Assembly: GCA_036508535.1 (NCBI GenBank)
Contig: DATCHE010000087.1
Coordinates: 1,878-65,877 of the forward strand
Length of the DNA stretch: 64,000 bases
Origin: Bacteroidales bacterium
GTDB taxonomy: Bacteria; Bacteroidota; Bacteroidia; Bacteroidales; VadinHA17
Reading direction: 5' to 3'
Shown here piece after piece: positions 52,051-60,906 of this stretch. A model generated the notes under the pieces. That model had not been told where the DNA came from. It saw only the letters and a program-made list of their open reading frames with translations, and searched no databases. Position numbers and translations under genes: made by a program. Every line of letters starts with the position of its first letter. The first letter of the stretch is position 1.

Positions 52051-53106
52051 TTACAAATAATTGGCAGGTATATATAAGGTTACTGAATAAATACCGTTTC
52101 CCTTTGTTGTTTTTATTGAAGCTTTGTTGCCGTAGAACAATTCAAGCCGTCTTGAAACATTTAAAAGTCCCGTACCCGTGCCTCTTTTTAAAGATGTAGT
52201 GGGGTCGTAATTATTACTTATAATCATTTCAAGATAACCATCAATAATTCTTGCATGGGTTATAATCTTCACGCTTTCTGTACTTTCATAAACACCATGT
52301 TTGACTGCATTCTCATAAAGCGGTTGCAGGAGCATTATGGGGATTTTAAAATCGAGACATTCATTTTTAATATCTGTTTCAGTAATCAATTTGTCTCCGA
52401 ATCTCACTTTTTCAATATCAAGATAAAGCCATAGATTATCAAGTTCACTCTGCAGAGAGACAGGTTGTTCGTCCTTTCTTGAAAGGGCATATCTCATGAA
52501 TTCCGAAAGTTTTACAACCATTTCCCTGGCTTTTTCAGGATCTGTAATCGTGAGTGAACTTACAGAATTCAGACTGTTGAACAGGAAATGAGGATTGATT
52601 TGTGAACGGAGCATTTTTAGTTCAATCTCTTTAACAAGGCTCTCCAGACGCGCCTCTTTTGCGTTCTTTTCCGACAGATTTGTGAGGCTTATAAAAAGAT
52701 AATACGTTAGGACTATGAGACTATAAATGAACACACCAGTCCCTATCCGATAGGGAAATGTTGCATCCCAATAAGCCTGATAATCATTTTGAACAGGAAG
52801 TACGACAAGCACAATAACCCTTGTTATAAAAACCCATAGACTTATTGTAATCGCACCGCTTATCACCAGATTTGAAATCAACGTAGCAGAGTGGGGCTTC
52901 CCGGTATTGAAGAAATTGAATGGATACCATAAAGAGAGAGCAAGACTTGAATAAATCAGTAAAGAAAAAGCACTATCGATAAGACTTACATTAGTGAAGC
53001 TTCCATACGAATAATAAAATAGAAGTGATTGGCCCAGAGTAAGAAATACCCAGACCAACCACCACGCTATCAGCCGAACGCCGTTGTTAAGAACCGGATG
53101 TTTCAT
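52051..53106 (-). CDS. LytS/YehU-type sensor histidine kinase
   Basis: 351 aa. About 5-6 N-terminal TM segments, then the His_kinase box LRSQINPHFLFNSLNSV, then an HATPase domain. Confidence 0.85.
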   Translation of the reverse strand: MKHPVLNNGVRLIAWWLVWVFLTLGQSLLFYYSYGSFTNVSLIDSAFSLLIYSSLALSLWYPFNFFNTGKPHSATLISNLVISGAITISLWVFITRVIVLVVLPVQNDYQAYWDATFPYRIGTGVFIYSLIVLTYYLFISLTNLSEKNAKEARLESLVKEIELKMLRSQINPHFLFNSLNSVSSLTITDPEKAREMVVKLSEFMRYALSRKDEQPVSLQSELDNLWLYLDIEKVRFGDKLITETDIKNECLDFKIPIMLLQPLYENAVKHGVYESTESVKIITHARIIDGYLEMIISNNYDPTTSLKRGTGTGLLNVSRRLELFYGNKASIKTTKGNGIYSVTLYIPANYL

Positions 53107-53117
53107 TCTTTTAACAA

Positions 53118-53867
53118 CTAGTAACTCTTTACTTCGCCACCGCCAAATACAACCGCCCCTTTAATAATGAGTTGTTTTGAAGTGTCAACTGTTCTTCCCG
53201 GGTTCAATTTACGGGAATCTCCAAAACCGCCCAGAACCGGAACGACTTCAATTTTTATATTCCAGTCGTCGGGGACAATTATTGTAGTACCACCAAACAC
53301 GCAGGCAAGTTCAAGTTCAGAAACTCCCGGAGCCAGTCTCGCCTTTGTAAGGTCAATCTCACTGCCACCAAAAACTGCTGTGACTTTTCCTCCCCTGAAA
53401 TTATCAGACACAATCTGACGTTCTCCGCCGCTGAATACATGTACATAATCAATATAATCATCGCCAACCTGAGGCGCTGTTGAAACAGAATTCCAACCCT
53501 TTCTTTTTGAAAAAATAAATACGACACCAATTATTATAAAGATTGAAGGCCAGAACATATTAACATCGAATGTTTCCCTGAAAATATGAGGGATAAGGAA
53601 GAATGCTCCAACAGCCATAACGATTACTCCTGAAGTTTTGCCTCCCGACGACCCGATTGTAATTACAAGTCCTATTGTTACAAGCAGCATTGGCCAGCTG
53701 AAAATAACATGGTCAATAAAATCGGGGAAAACCCCTGTATTTCTCATTACCAGAAATAACCCGACGAGTACCAGGATAACTCCGATAATTGCTCTATTAT
53801 TTTGAAGATGATGATGTTCATGCCTGTAAGGGCGATTCCCATCTTTGTAATTTTCATTTGTTTCCAT
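53118..53867 (-). CDS. LiaF-like membrane protein (TM domain plus DUF2154-like C-terminal domain)
   Basis: 249 aa. His-rich N-terminus (YRHEHHHLQ), 4 TM segments, and a C-terminal beta-rich region (VFGGSEIDL...VFGGTTIIVP...VVFGGGEV) like the LiaF C-domain. Confidence 0.6.
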   Translation of the reverse strand: METNENYKDGNRPYRHEHHHLQNNRAIIGVILVLVGLFLVMRNTGVFPDFIDHVIFSWPMLLVTIGLVITIGSSGGKTSGVIVMAVGAFFLIPHIFRETFDVNMFWPSIFIIIGVVFIFSKRKGWNSVSTAPQVGDDYIDYVHVFSGGERQIVSDNFRGGKVTAVFGGSEIDLTKARLAPGVSELELACVFGGTTIIVPDDWNIKIEVVPVLGGFGDSRKLNPGRTVDTSKQLIIKGAVVFGGGEVKSY

Positions 53868-53892
53868 AGTTGTAAATTTATTTGTGAAATTA

Positions 53893-54255
53893 TTATTTAA
53901 TTTTTCTTTTTAAAAATGAAGTTAATATAAATGACAGACCTACTAAAACAATTACCCCCGGCCAGTAAAAGGCATTGAAGAATTCCGGGGTGGCAAAAAA
54001 GAAGCTATCCTTTAAAAACCAGAATCCTCCTGCAATTAGTAATATCCCTCCGGTGAAACGAAGATTTAACAGAAGCAGAACGCCAATGAATAACATTGCA
54101 GACTCCCAGGTAAAGTACCTGTTTATGCTTCCCAGATTTAACAGGTCGTTGGTGGCAACAAGAAGAGCTGCTCCCAATAGGATAAAGAATAAGCCAATAC
54201 TCACCCGAGGATGATGTTCCCTTTCTCTGAAGTGATTATAATCATTGTGTCTCAT
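53893..54255 (-). CDS. Small membrane protein paralogous to the TM domain of the LiaF-like protein (LiaI/LiaF-TM-like)
   Basis: 120 aa. His-rich N-terminus (MRHNDYNHFREREHHPR) and 4 TM segments. First gene of the four-gene string. Confidence 0.5.
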   Translation of the reverse strand: MRHNDYNHFREREHHPRVSIGLFFILLGAALLVATNDLLNLGSINRYFTWESAMLFIGVLLLLNLRFTGGILLIAGGFWFLKDSFFFATPEFFNAFYWPGVIVLVGLSFILTSFLKRKIK

Positions 54256-54277
54256 GGTTATGAAATTAAATATGAAT

Positions 54278-54285
54278 CAAAAATA
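54278..54285 (-). promoter_or_regulatory. Candidate -7 box (TATTTTTG on the minus strand) for the LiaI-like/LiaF-like/LytS/LytTR string
   Basis: Plus strand reads caaaaata, 22 nt upstream of the ATG at 54255. Confidence 0.35.
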
Positions 54286-54408
54286 CTTTCCTTTACAAGA
54301 GTTTTGGAAAGGAAATCGGTAAACAGCCTTTTTCTGTCGGTAAATGGTCTTTTAAGACAATAAATGTTACTTTTTTGTTGATAATTTTTTTAATTGAAGA
54401 AGGATTCA

Positions 54409-54416
54409 TATTTTTG
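54409..54416 (+). promoter_or_regulatory. Candidate -7 box TATTTTTG for yceD-rpmF-plsX-fabH
   Basis: Matches TAnnTTTG, 19 nt upstream of the ATG at 54436. It lies inside the track's TTG-extended ORF, which argues for the 54436 start. Confidence 0.35.
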
Positions 54417-54435
54417 CAAACCAAAATTTGAAGAG

Positions 54436-54957
54436 ATGTCCGGATCATATACCATACCATTAAGTGGATTAAAGGAAGGACATCACACTTTCAAATTTGA
54501 GATTGGGAATGAGTTTTTTGAAAAGTTTGAAGAGTCGGAAGTTAAGGAAGGTAGCCTTATTACTGAGATTGATATTGAGAAAAGATCTTCTCATAGCGAT
54601 GTAAAAATAAGGATATCGGGAAGCGTTAGGATAAGCTGTGACAGATGTCTTGAGATGTTTTTACAGCCTGTTAATTGTGAAAATAAACTTCTGGTTAAGT
54701 TTGGGAAAAGCCTGGAAGATAGCGATCCGGACATACTTTCAATACCTTCAGACGAGCAGGAATTGGATTTGCAGCAACACTTATATGAATTTATACATCT
54801 CGCCCTGCCAATAAGAAGGGTTCATCCGGATGATAAAAAGGGGAATAGCACATGCGATCCGATTATGTTGAAAAAACTTGAAGAGTTGATAATTGACGAG
54901 GACGCCGAAAGTGATCCCCGATGGGATGAATTGAAAAGACTAATGAACGATAATTAA
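54436..54957 (+). CDS. YceD-family protein (DUF177)
   Basis: Conserved position directly upstream of rpmF. Cys pairs CDRC...C and an acidic C-terminus. The ATG at 54436 is used. Confidence 0.75.
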   Translation: MSGSYTIPLSGLKEGHHTFKFEIGNEFFEKFEESEVKEGSLITEIDIEKRSSHSDVKIRISGSVRISCDRCLEMFLQPVNCENKLLVKFGKSLEDSDPDILSIPSDEQELDLQQHLYEFIHLALPIRRVHPDDKKGNSTCDPIMLKKLEELIIDEDAESDPRWDELKRLMNDN

Positions 54958-54968
54958 ATATATTTAAA

Positions 54969-55154
54969 ATGGCACATCCGAAACATAAACATTCTAAGAC
55001 CAGAAGAGATAAGCGCAGAACACATTACAAAGCAACTGCGCCAACAACGGCGAACTGTTCAAACTGCGGATCTGCAGTTCTGTATCATAGGGTATGTCCT
55101 GAATGTGGATTTTACAGAGGGAAGCTGGCGATTGCCAAGAAGGCTACTGTTTAA
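54969..55154 (+). CDS. rpmF: 50S ribosomal protein L32
   Basis: 61 aa. [21 protein letters not shown] and the zinc ribbon [20 protein letters not shown]. Confidence 0.92.
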   Translation: MAHPKHKHSKTRRDKRRTHYKATAPTTANCSNCGSAVLYHRVCPECGFYRGKLAIAKKATV

Positions 55155-55179
55155 GTACCGATAACTTAAAAAATTTAAT

Positions 55180-56118
55180 ATGAGAATTGGCCTTGATGTC
55201 ATGGGTGGTGATTTTGCACCTGACGCGATCATTGAGGGCGCAGTTGATTCACTTCAGCATCTTTCAGTTAATGAAAAGCTTGTACTTATTGGAGATGAAG
55301 TCTCCATTTACAGGAAACTGAGAGAGATGAAGATTGAGCCATCTCTGTTTGAAATAGTTCATACAACCCAGGTAATTGAGATGGGGGATCATCCTGCGAA
55401 AGCTTTTTCGCAGAAAAAAAATTCAAGCATTGCTGTTGGTTACGGGATGCTGAAAAATGGTTCCCTTGATGGTTTTTGCAGTGCTGGAAATACCGGCGCA
55501 ATGCTGGTTGGGGCAAGTTATACAGTTAATGTGATCCCTGGCGTTTTGAGACCAGCGCTTGCCACAGTACTTCCTTGTATCGATAACCGCGATTCGGTTA
55601 TCCTTGATATAGGATTAAATCCTGATTGCAAACCGGAAGTACTCATGCAATATGGAATACTTGGCAGTATTTATTCAGAATATGTTTTGGGAAGAAAAAA
55701 TCCCTCTGTGGGATTATTGAATATAGGCGAAGAAGAGTCAAAGGGGACTCCTGCTATTAAAGCAGCTTATGACTTGATGAAAGCACATCCCGGATTGAAT
55801 TTTGCGGGGAATATTGAAGGAAATGCACTCTTTCGTGAAACCATGACAGATGTAATAGTATGTGATGGATTTGTCGGGAATATTGTACTGAAACTTGGTG
55901 AAGCCTTTTATGAAATATATAAAGGTAGAAATCTTAAGGATTCATATTTTGACCGGCTTGATTGGGAAAATATTGGAGGAACACCTATTATCGGGATAAA
56001 TGCCAATGTTGTGATTGGACACGGTATTTCCAGAAGAAGACCTATTTCAAATATGGTTCTTCAAACCAGAGGGGTTATACATGCCAACCTGGCTCAAAAG
56101 ATTAAAGAAGCAATATAA
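55180..56118 (+). CDS. plsX: Phosphate acyltransferase PlsX
   Basis: 312 aa. N-terminus [15 protein letters not shown], in the rpmF-plsX-fabH context. Confidence 0.92.
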   Translation: MRIGLDVMGGDFAPDAIIEGAVDSLQHLSVNEKLVLIGDEVSIYRKLREMKIEPSLFEIVHTTQVIEMGDHPAKAFSQKKNSSIAVGYGMLKNGSLDGFCSAGNTGAMLVGASYTVNVIPGVLRPALATVLPCIDNRDSVILDIGLNPDCKPEVLMQYGILGSIYSEYVLGRKNPSVGLLNIGEEESKGTPAIKAAYDLMKAHPGLNFAGNIEGNALFRETMTDVIVCDGFVGNIVLKLGEAFYEIYKGRNLKDSYFDRLDWENIGGTPIIGINANVVIGHGISRRRPISNMVLQTRGVIHANLAQKIKEAI

Positions 56119-56120
56119 TT

Positions 56121-57119
56121 ATGGAAAAAATACGGGCAGCGATTACTGGCATCAATGCCTGGGCGCCGGATTACAAATTGACAAATCAGGAACTCTCAAA
56201 AATGGTTGATACATCCGACGAATGGATTATGCAGCGAGTAGGCATAAAGGAGCGACGGATTTTGAAAGGAGAAGGACTTGGAAGTTCCGATCTGGGGGAA
56301 CAAGCAGTTAAGGGTTTATTGTTGAAAACAAACACGGCACCTGAAGATGTTGATCTGTTAATTTGTTCTACCGTTACCCCCGACATGTTTTTTCCTGCAA
56401 CGGCAAATATTATCTCTGATAAATGCGGAATTAAAAACGCATTTAGTTTTGACCTGAATGCCGCCTGCTCAGGATTTCTTTTTGCCTTACAAACTGCCGC
56501 TGCTTATGTTGAGACCGGAAGATATAAAAAGGTAATTGTTGTTGGTGCAGATAAGATGTCCTCAATTACCGATTATACTGATCGTACTACATGTCCACTT
56601 TTTGGAGATGCCTCCGGCGCAGTTATGCTTGAACCTACAAAAGAGGATTTTGGGATAATGGATTATATCTTTTACACGGATGGTTCCGGAGCAAAACACC
56701 TGCACCTGAAAGCCGGTGGATCAGTAAGACCTGCATCTCACGAAACAGTCGATGCAAAGGAGCATTTTATTTACCAGGAAGGACAGACTGTATTTAAGTT
56801 TGCAGTTTCAAAAATGGCTGATGTAGCAGCTGAAATAATGGAGCGGAATAATCTTAAGGCAGAAGATATTGCCTGGCTTGTTCCCCATCAGGCAAACCTT
56901 CGAATTATTGAAGCGACAGGTCGCAGAATGGGAATTTCCCCAGATAAAGTAATGATCAACATCGAAAATTACGGCAATACAACTTCGGCAACAATTCCTC
57001 TTTGTATCTGGGAATATGAGCATAAACTAAAAAAAGGAGATATTCTCATACTCGCAGCGTTTGGTGGTGGCTTCACATGGGGCTCAATATATCTTAAGTG
57101 GGCGTACGATCCTGCCTAG
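56121..57119 (+). CDS. fabH: Beta-ketoacyl-ACP synthase III
   Basis: 332 aa. Cys-His-Asn triad contexts are [22 protein letters not shown] and [10 protein letters not shown]. Confidence 0.92.
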   Translation: MEKIRAAITGINAWAPDYKLTNQELSKMVDTSDEWIMQRVGIKERRILKGEGLGSSDLGEQAVKGLLLKTNTAPEDVDLLICSTVTPDMFFPATANIISDKCGIKNAFSFDLNAACSGFLFALQTAAAYVETGRYKKVIVVGADKMSSITDYTDRTTCPLFGDASGAVMLEPTKEDFGIMDYIFYTDGSGAKHLHLKAGGSVRPASHETVDAKEHFIYQEGQTVFKFAVSKMADVAAEIMERNNLKAEDIAWLVPHQANLRIIEATGRRMGISPDKVMINIENYGNTTSATIPLCIWEYEHKLKKGDILILAAFGGGFTWGSIYLKWAYDPA

Positions 57120-57139
57120 GTTTTTCTCTTCTCCGTAAA

Positions 57140-57285
57140 CCCCCTTTTAATTCCCCCCAAGGGGGGAAAATACCTCTGTTCTATTGATTATCAAATAGAT
57201 GAGTAGTTCTTCGCCCCCCTGGGGGAGATGCCGCGCAGTGGCAGAGAGAGTTTCATTACATCTGAAAAACCCCCACGGGGAGCTG
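57140..57285. repeat. Cluster of three spaced C-run/G-run hairpins
   Basis: TTCCCCCCAAGGGGGGAA (57151-57168), CCCCCCTGGGGG (57214-57225) and CCCCCACGGGG (57270-57280). The last two share the tail GGGGAG(A/C)TGCC. Spacing is about 56-63 nt. Confidence 0.65.
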
Positions 57286-57383
57286 CCTCACAACAACTGA
57301 AAGGATTTGTCTTATTCACAAAAGTTTACTATTATTATCCCGATATATTTTTATCTGCAATAGTTTTTATATTTTTGAGTTAT

Positions 57384-57391
57384 TAAGTTTG
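57384..57391 (+). promoter_or_regulatory. Candidate -7 box TAAGTTTG for the bactofilin-atp operon
   Basis: Matches TAnnTTTG, 22 nt upstream of the ATG at 57414. A second match, TATTTTTG, lies at 57370-57377. Confidence 0.35.
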
Positions 57392-57413
57392 TATCTCTAA
57401 ACTTCTATGTATT

Positions 57414-57794
57414 ATGGCAAAATTCAACGAGACAGATAATAGCACAATAAACCTTATTAGCATCGGAACCGATATTACCGGAGATATTAAATCAACTGGA
57501 GATATACGTATCGATGGTACTCTTAAGGGAAATCTCGACACAAAGGGAAAAGTTGTAATTGGGCCAACAGGAAAAATTATTGGAGAAGTAATCTGTAAAA
57601 ATTCAGAAGTTTCTGGTATTGTAGAGGGGAAAATCACAGTTGGTCAGCTGCTTAACTTAAAAGCATCTTCAAAAATTATTGGAGATATAGTTACTGTCAA
57701 ACTTTCTGTTGAACAAGGTGCAACATTCTCAGGGACTTGCAAAATGAGTGAAAATGATACATATGGAGGAGCTGCAACAACAAAAGAAAACTAA
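57414..57794 (+). CDS. Bactofilin-family (DUF583) polymer-forming protein
   Basis: 126 aa. Beta-helical repeat pattern IRIDGTLKGNLDTKGKVVIGPTGKIIGEV...VEGKITV. Confidence 0.8.
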   Translation: MAKFNETDNSTINLISIGTDITGDIKSTGDIRIDGTLKGNLDTKGKVVIGPTGKIIGEVICKNSEVSGIVEGKITVGQLLNLKASSKIIGDIVTVKLSVEQGATFSGTCKMSENDTYGGAATTKEN

Positions 57795-58005
57795 CCCGAA
57801 AAACAAGCTAAATAAAGGCATCAAAGATTTTGGCAAGTACTCAGGCATTGCATTCCAGATGATTGGTATAATTCTTGTTTCTGTCTGGGGAGGTGTAAAA
57901 CTTGATAAACTGACGGGTTGGCATACACCTGTTTTTACAATAGTTCTATCGCTCCTCGGAGTTTTTGCAGCAATATATACTGCAGTCAAAGATTTTATTA
58001 AGTGA
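57763..58005 (+). CDS. AtpZ/AtpI-family small membrane protein
   Basis: YSGIAFQMIGIILVSVWGGVKLD followed by a second TM segment, as in AtpZ. Start is uncertain (GTG 57748, ATG 57754 or 57763). It overlaps the bactofilin 3' end by 32-47 nt. Confidence 0.6.
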   Translation: MEELQQQKKTNPKNKLNKGIKDFGKYSGIAFQMIGIILVSVWGGVKLDKLTGWHTPVFTIVLSLLGVFAAIYTAVKDFIK

Positions 58006-58014
58006 TCAATCTCC

Positions 58015-58401
58015 TTGAAACCAATTCGTAATTATTTTCTGATCCTTTTATTCTTGAATATATTATTCCTGGGAGCGGGGAATTTTCTTATTTTATATTA
58101 TAATCTGAAGCTTGTATTAATTGACATAGGAATTCTGGGTTCAGCCTTTTCGGTTATTACACTTATTACTATTGTCTTTTTTTTAAAAGGTCAGAACAAA
58201 GAACCAGATAGTCAGACTCTGTATAGCCTTGTCTCAGTAAGCCTGAAATTTCTGATGGAGTTGTTATTGGCACTTGTTTGGTTTTTTGTCGCTAAAAAAA
58301 CTTCGATAACCTCTGTTTTATTATTTTTTGTTATATATTTAACACTCACATTATTTTCGATATGGGTAATATTAAATACGCTGAAAAACAAATCATTATA
58401 A
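58015..58401 (+). CDS. Hypothetical 4-TM membrane protein within the atp operon
   Basis: 128 aa with four hydrophobic helices. Only a TTG start is available, 10 nt after the atpZ stop. No family recognised. Confidence 0.45.
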   Translation: MKPIRNYFLILLFLNILFLGAGNFLILYYNLKLVLIDIGILGSAFSVITLITIVFFLKGQNKEPDSQTLYSLVSVSLKFLMELLLALVWFFVAKKTSITSVLLFFVIYLTLTLFSIWVILNTLKNKSL

Positions 58402-58414
58402 AACCGGATCATAT

Positions 58415-59479
58415 TTGAAAACAAGAATTATTATAGGTCTTTTCTTCTTTCTCCTCTTGGCGGGGACCACTAAAACTGCCAACAGTCAGGAAGTAGAACA
58501 AAAAAGTGAGGCTAAGGAAAAATTTAAAGCGAGTACATATATTCTTGAACATATTGCAGATTCGCATGAATGGCATATTCTTACAAAGAAAAACGGAGAG
58601 AGTGTTGCTATTTATCTTCCTGTGATATTGTATAGCAAAGAGAGCGGACTGCATCTTTTTTCTTCAAAGCAGCTGGTGCATGGGAAAGAATATAAAGGAT
58701 TCAAACTTGAAGAAGAAGGCGATCTTAAAGGTAAAATTGTTTCAGTTGATGAGGCAGGCAGGATTGATGAAGAGCATCTTCCTCTCGACTTATCTATGAC
58801 AAAGACAGTAATTGGAATGTTGTCCGCTGCCATAATAGGACTTTTATTATTTCTCTCTCTTGCCCGTTCCTATAAAAAAACCGGAATAAGCCATCCAAAA
58901 GGTATTCAGAGTTTTCTTGAACCGGTAATTCTTTTTGTTCGCGACGACATTGCCATTCCTAATATTGGTCTCCATAAATATGAAAAATATATGCCTTATC
59001 TTCTTACGGCATTCTTCTTTATTCTGATCAACAATTTGATGGGGCTTATTCCATTTCCTCCTCCTTTCGGGGCAAATGTCACGGGGAACATTGCAATTAC
59101 TTTTGTATTAGCAGCCTGCACGTTTCTTATTACTCAGTTCAGCGGGAATAAATCGCACTGGAGGCATGTTTTTGCAACACCGGGAGTTCCGTTCTGGCTT
59201 TTGCCAATAATGATTCCGGTGGAGATAATCGGTTTATTTTCAAAGCCGTTTGCTCTCATGATCCGGTTGTTTGCAAATATGCTTGCCGGGCATATTGTTA
59301 TATTAAGCCTTATTTGTCTGATCTTTATATTCGATACACTGGCGCTTGCCCCTGTGTCAATATTATTTGTGATTTTTATGGACTTTATGGAACTATTGGT
59401 AGCATTTTTACAGGCATATATATTTACACTGCTCTCATCGTTATTTATTAGTCTGGCAGTACAGGAAGAACACCATTAG
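58415..59479 (+). CDS. atpB: F0F1 ATP synthase subunit a
   Basis: 354 aa. The essential Arg lies in MIRLFANMLAGHIV. There is an N-terminal signal-like segment and the HEWH region typical of Bacteroidota subunit a. TTG at 58415 is the only plausible start. Confidence 0.9.
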   Translation: MKTRIIIGLFFFLLLAGTTKTANSQEVEQKSEAKEKFKASTYILEHIADSHEWHILTKKNGESVAIYLPVILYSKESGLHLFSSKQLVHGKEYKGFKLEEEGDLKGKIVSVDEAGRIDEEHLPLDLSMTKTVIGMLSAAIIGLLLFLSLARSYKKTGISHPKGIQSFLEPVILFVRDDIAIPNIGLHKYEKYMPYLLTAFFFILINNLMGLIPFPPPFGANVTGNIAITFVLAACTFLITQFSGNKSHWRHVFATPGVPFWLLPIMIPVEIIGLFSKPFALMIRLFANMLAGHIVILSLICLIFIFDTLALAPVSILFVIFMDFMELLVAFLQAYIFTLLSSLFISLAVQEEHH

Positions 59480-59505
59480 AATTTTTGTTTAACTAAATAT
59501 TTTGA

Positions 59506-59709
<204 letters not shown>

Positions 59710-59727
59710 TAACTAAGAAAATTTTAA

Positions 59728-59762
59728 AGCCTGCAACGGTTGGTTGCAGAGCTTTATTTTAT
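59728..59762 (+). terminator. Hairpin plus T-tract after atpE (possible intra-operon attenuator)
   Basis: AGCCTGCAAC, loop ggttg, GTTGCAGAGCT. The core stem is 7 bp and is extended with a bulge. It is followed by TTTATTTTATT, 19 nt after the atpE stop. Confidence 0.4.
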
Positions 59763-59784
59763 TGAAACCGTTAAAAAAACTTGT

Positions 59785-60300
59785 ATGATATTATTAGCCA
59801 GCAGTCTTACTACTCCTGCAATCGGGACTCTTGTTTGGTCAACAGTGATTTTTGTCCTGTTTTTCCTGATACTTACCAAATTCGCATGGAAACCAATTCT
59901 TTCTGCAGTTAAAGCAAGAGATGAGATGATTAAAGGCTCCCTAGAATCAGCGGAACAGGCAAGGGAGGAGATGTTAAAATTACAGAGTGATAACGAAACG
60001 ATCCTTCGAAAGGCAAGAGAAGAGAGAGAGAACATTCTTAAGGAAGCACGGGAAGTTCGCGATAAGCTTATTTCTGAAGCCAGGGGAAAAGCTTCCGAGG
60101 AAGCTGAAAAACTTATTGAGAAAGCCAGAGTTGGAATTGAAGGGGAAAAAAGAAAAGCTTTATCAGAGATTCGTGAACAGGTAGCCACCCTTTCAGTCGA
60201 TATTGCATCAAAACTATTGGGTGAAAAACTCAAACAATCCGGGGAACAGGAAAAACTAATTGACAACTACCTGAATGACATTAATTTCAATAAGAACTAG
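59785..60300 (+). CDS. atpF: F0F1 ATP synthase subunit b
   Basis: N-terminal TM segment (LVWSTVIFVLFFLIL), then a long Lys/Glu/Ala-rich helix. The ATG at 59785 is used because the track TTG at 59740 lies in the preceding hairpin. Confidence 0.85.
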   Translation: MILLASSLTTPAIGTLVWSTVIFVLFFLILTKFAWKPILSAVKARDEMIKGSLESAEQAREEMLKLQSDNETILRKAREERENILKEAREVRDKLISEARGKASEEAEKLIEKARVGIEGEKRKALSEIREQVATLSVDIASKLLGEKLKQSGEQEKLIDNYLNDINFNKN

Positions 60301-60315
60301 GAAGTAAAATCTGTA

Positions 60316-60867
60316 ATGAACGATAGCAAAATATCTGTAAGATACTCACGGGCTTTATTCCTTTCGGCTCTCGAAAAAAATATCCTGGAAAAGGTAAACG
60401 AGGATATGGTTTTTATTTCGGAGGTATGTAAGATACCTGAAGCGAAAGAGTTCCTGCATTCACCTATCATTTTCCCATCAAAAAAAACAGAGATTTTTCA
60501 TTCAATATTCGGAAGTAATGTTGAGAAAATTACTCTGTCGCTCATTGATCTTGTTGTTAAAAACGGAAGAGAGAGTTATTTACCTGCAATAGCAAGGGTA
60601 TTTATTTACGAAACGAAAAAGTACAAGGGAATCACAGAATCAGTTCTCACTACAGCAATAAAAGTTGATGATAAAATAAAGAAACAGATTTCAGATCTTT
60701 TGTCTGGCATTTTTAACACCAAAGTTGAACTGGAAGACAACATAGACAAAGACATACTGGGAGGCTTTATCCTTCGTGTTGATGACAATTACATTGACGC
60801 CAGCATAAGGAACAAGCTGAGAAAAATAAAAAAAGAACTTATGGTAAGCGGAACGGCTTCCGAATAA
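60316..60867 (+). CDS. atpH: F0F1 ATP synthase subunit delta (OSCP)
   Basis: 183 aa. ISVRYSRALFLSA start, positioned between atpF and atpA. Confidence 0.85.
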   Translation: MNDSKISVRYSRALFLSALEKNILEKVNEDMVFISEVCKIPEAKEFLHSPIIFPSKKTEIFHSIFGSNVEKITLSLIDLVVKNGRESYLPAIARVFIYETKKYKGITESVLTTAIKVDDKIKKQISDLLSGIFNTKVELEDNIDKDILGGFILRVDDNYIDASIRNKLRKIKKELMVSGTASE

Positions 60868-60906
60868 CAATTTATTAATAAAGAATTTTAGATAATATAG
60901 TATAGT

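Noticed and set aside
19752-57285. GC-hairpin clusters as a degenerate CRISPR array
   Set aside because: There is no constant-length repeat and spacer periodicity. The units differ in sequence, there are at most three per locus, and no cas genes are present.
59754-60266. 170-aa minus-strand ORF covering almost all of atpF
   Set aside because: It is antisense to a well-supported atpF. Its Ser/Leu/Phe-rich low-complexity translation is the mirror of the Lys/Glu/Ala-rich b-subunit helix. It has no motif and no independent signals.
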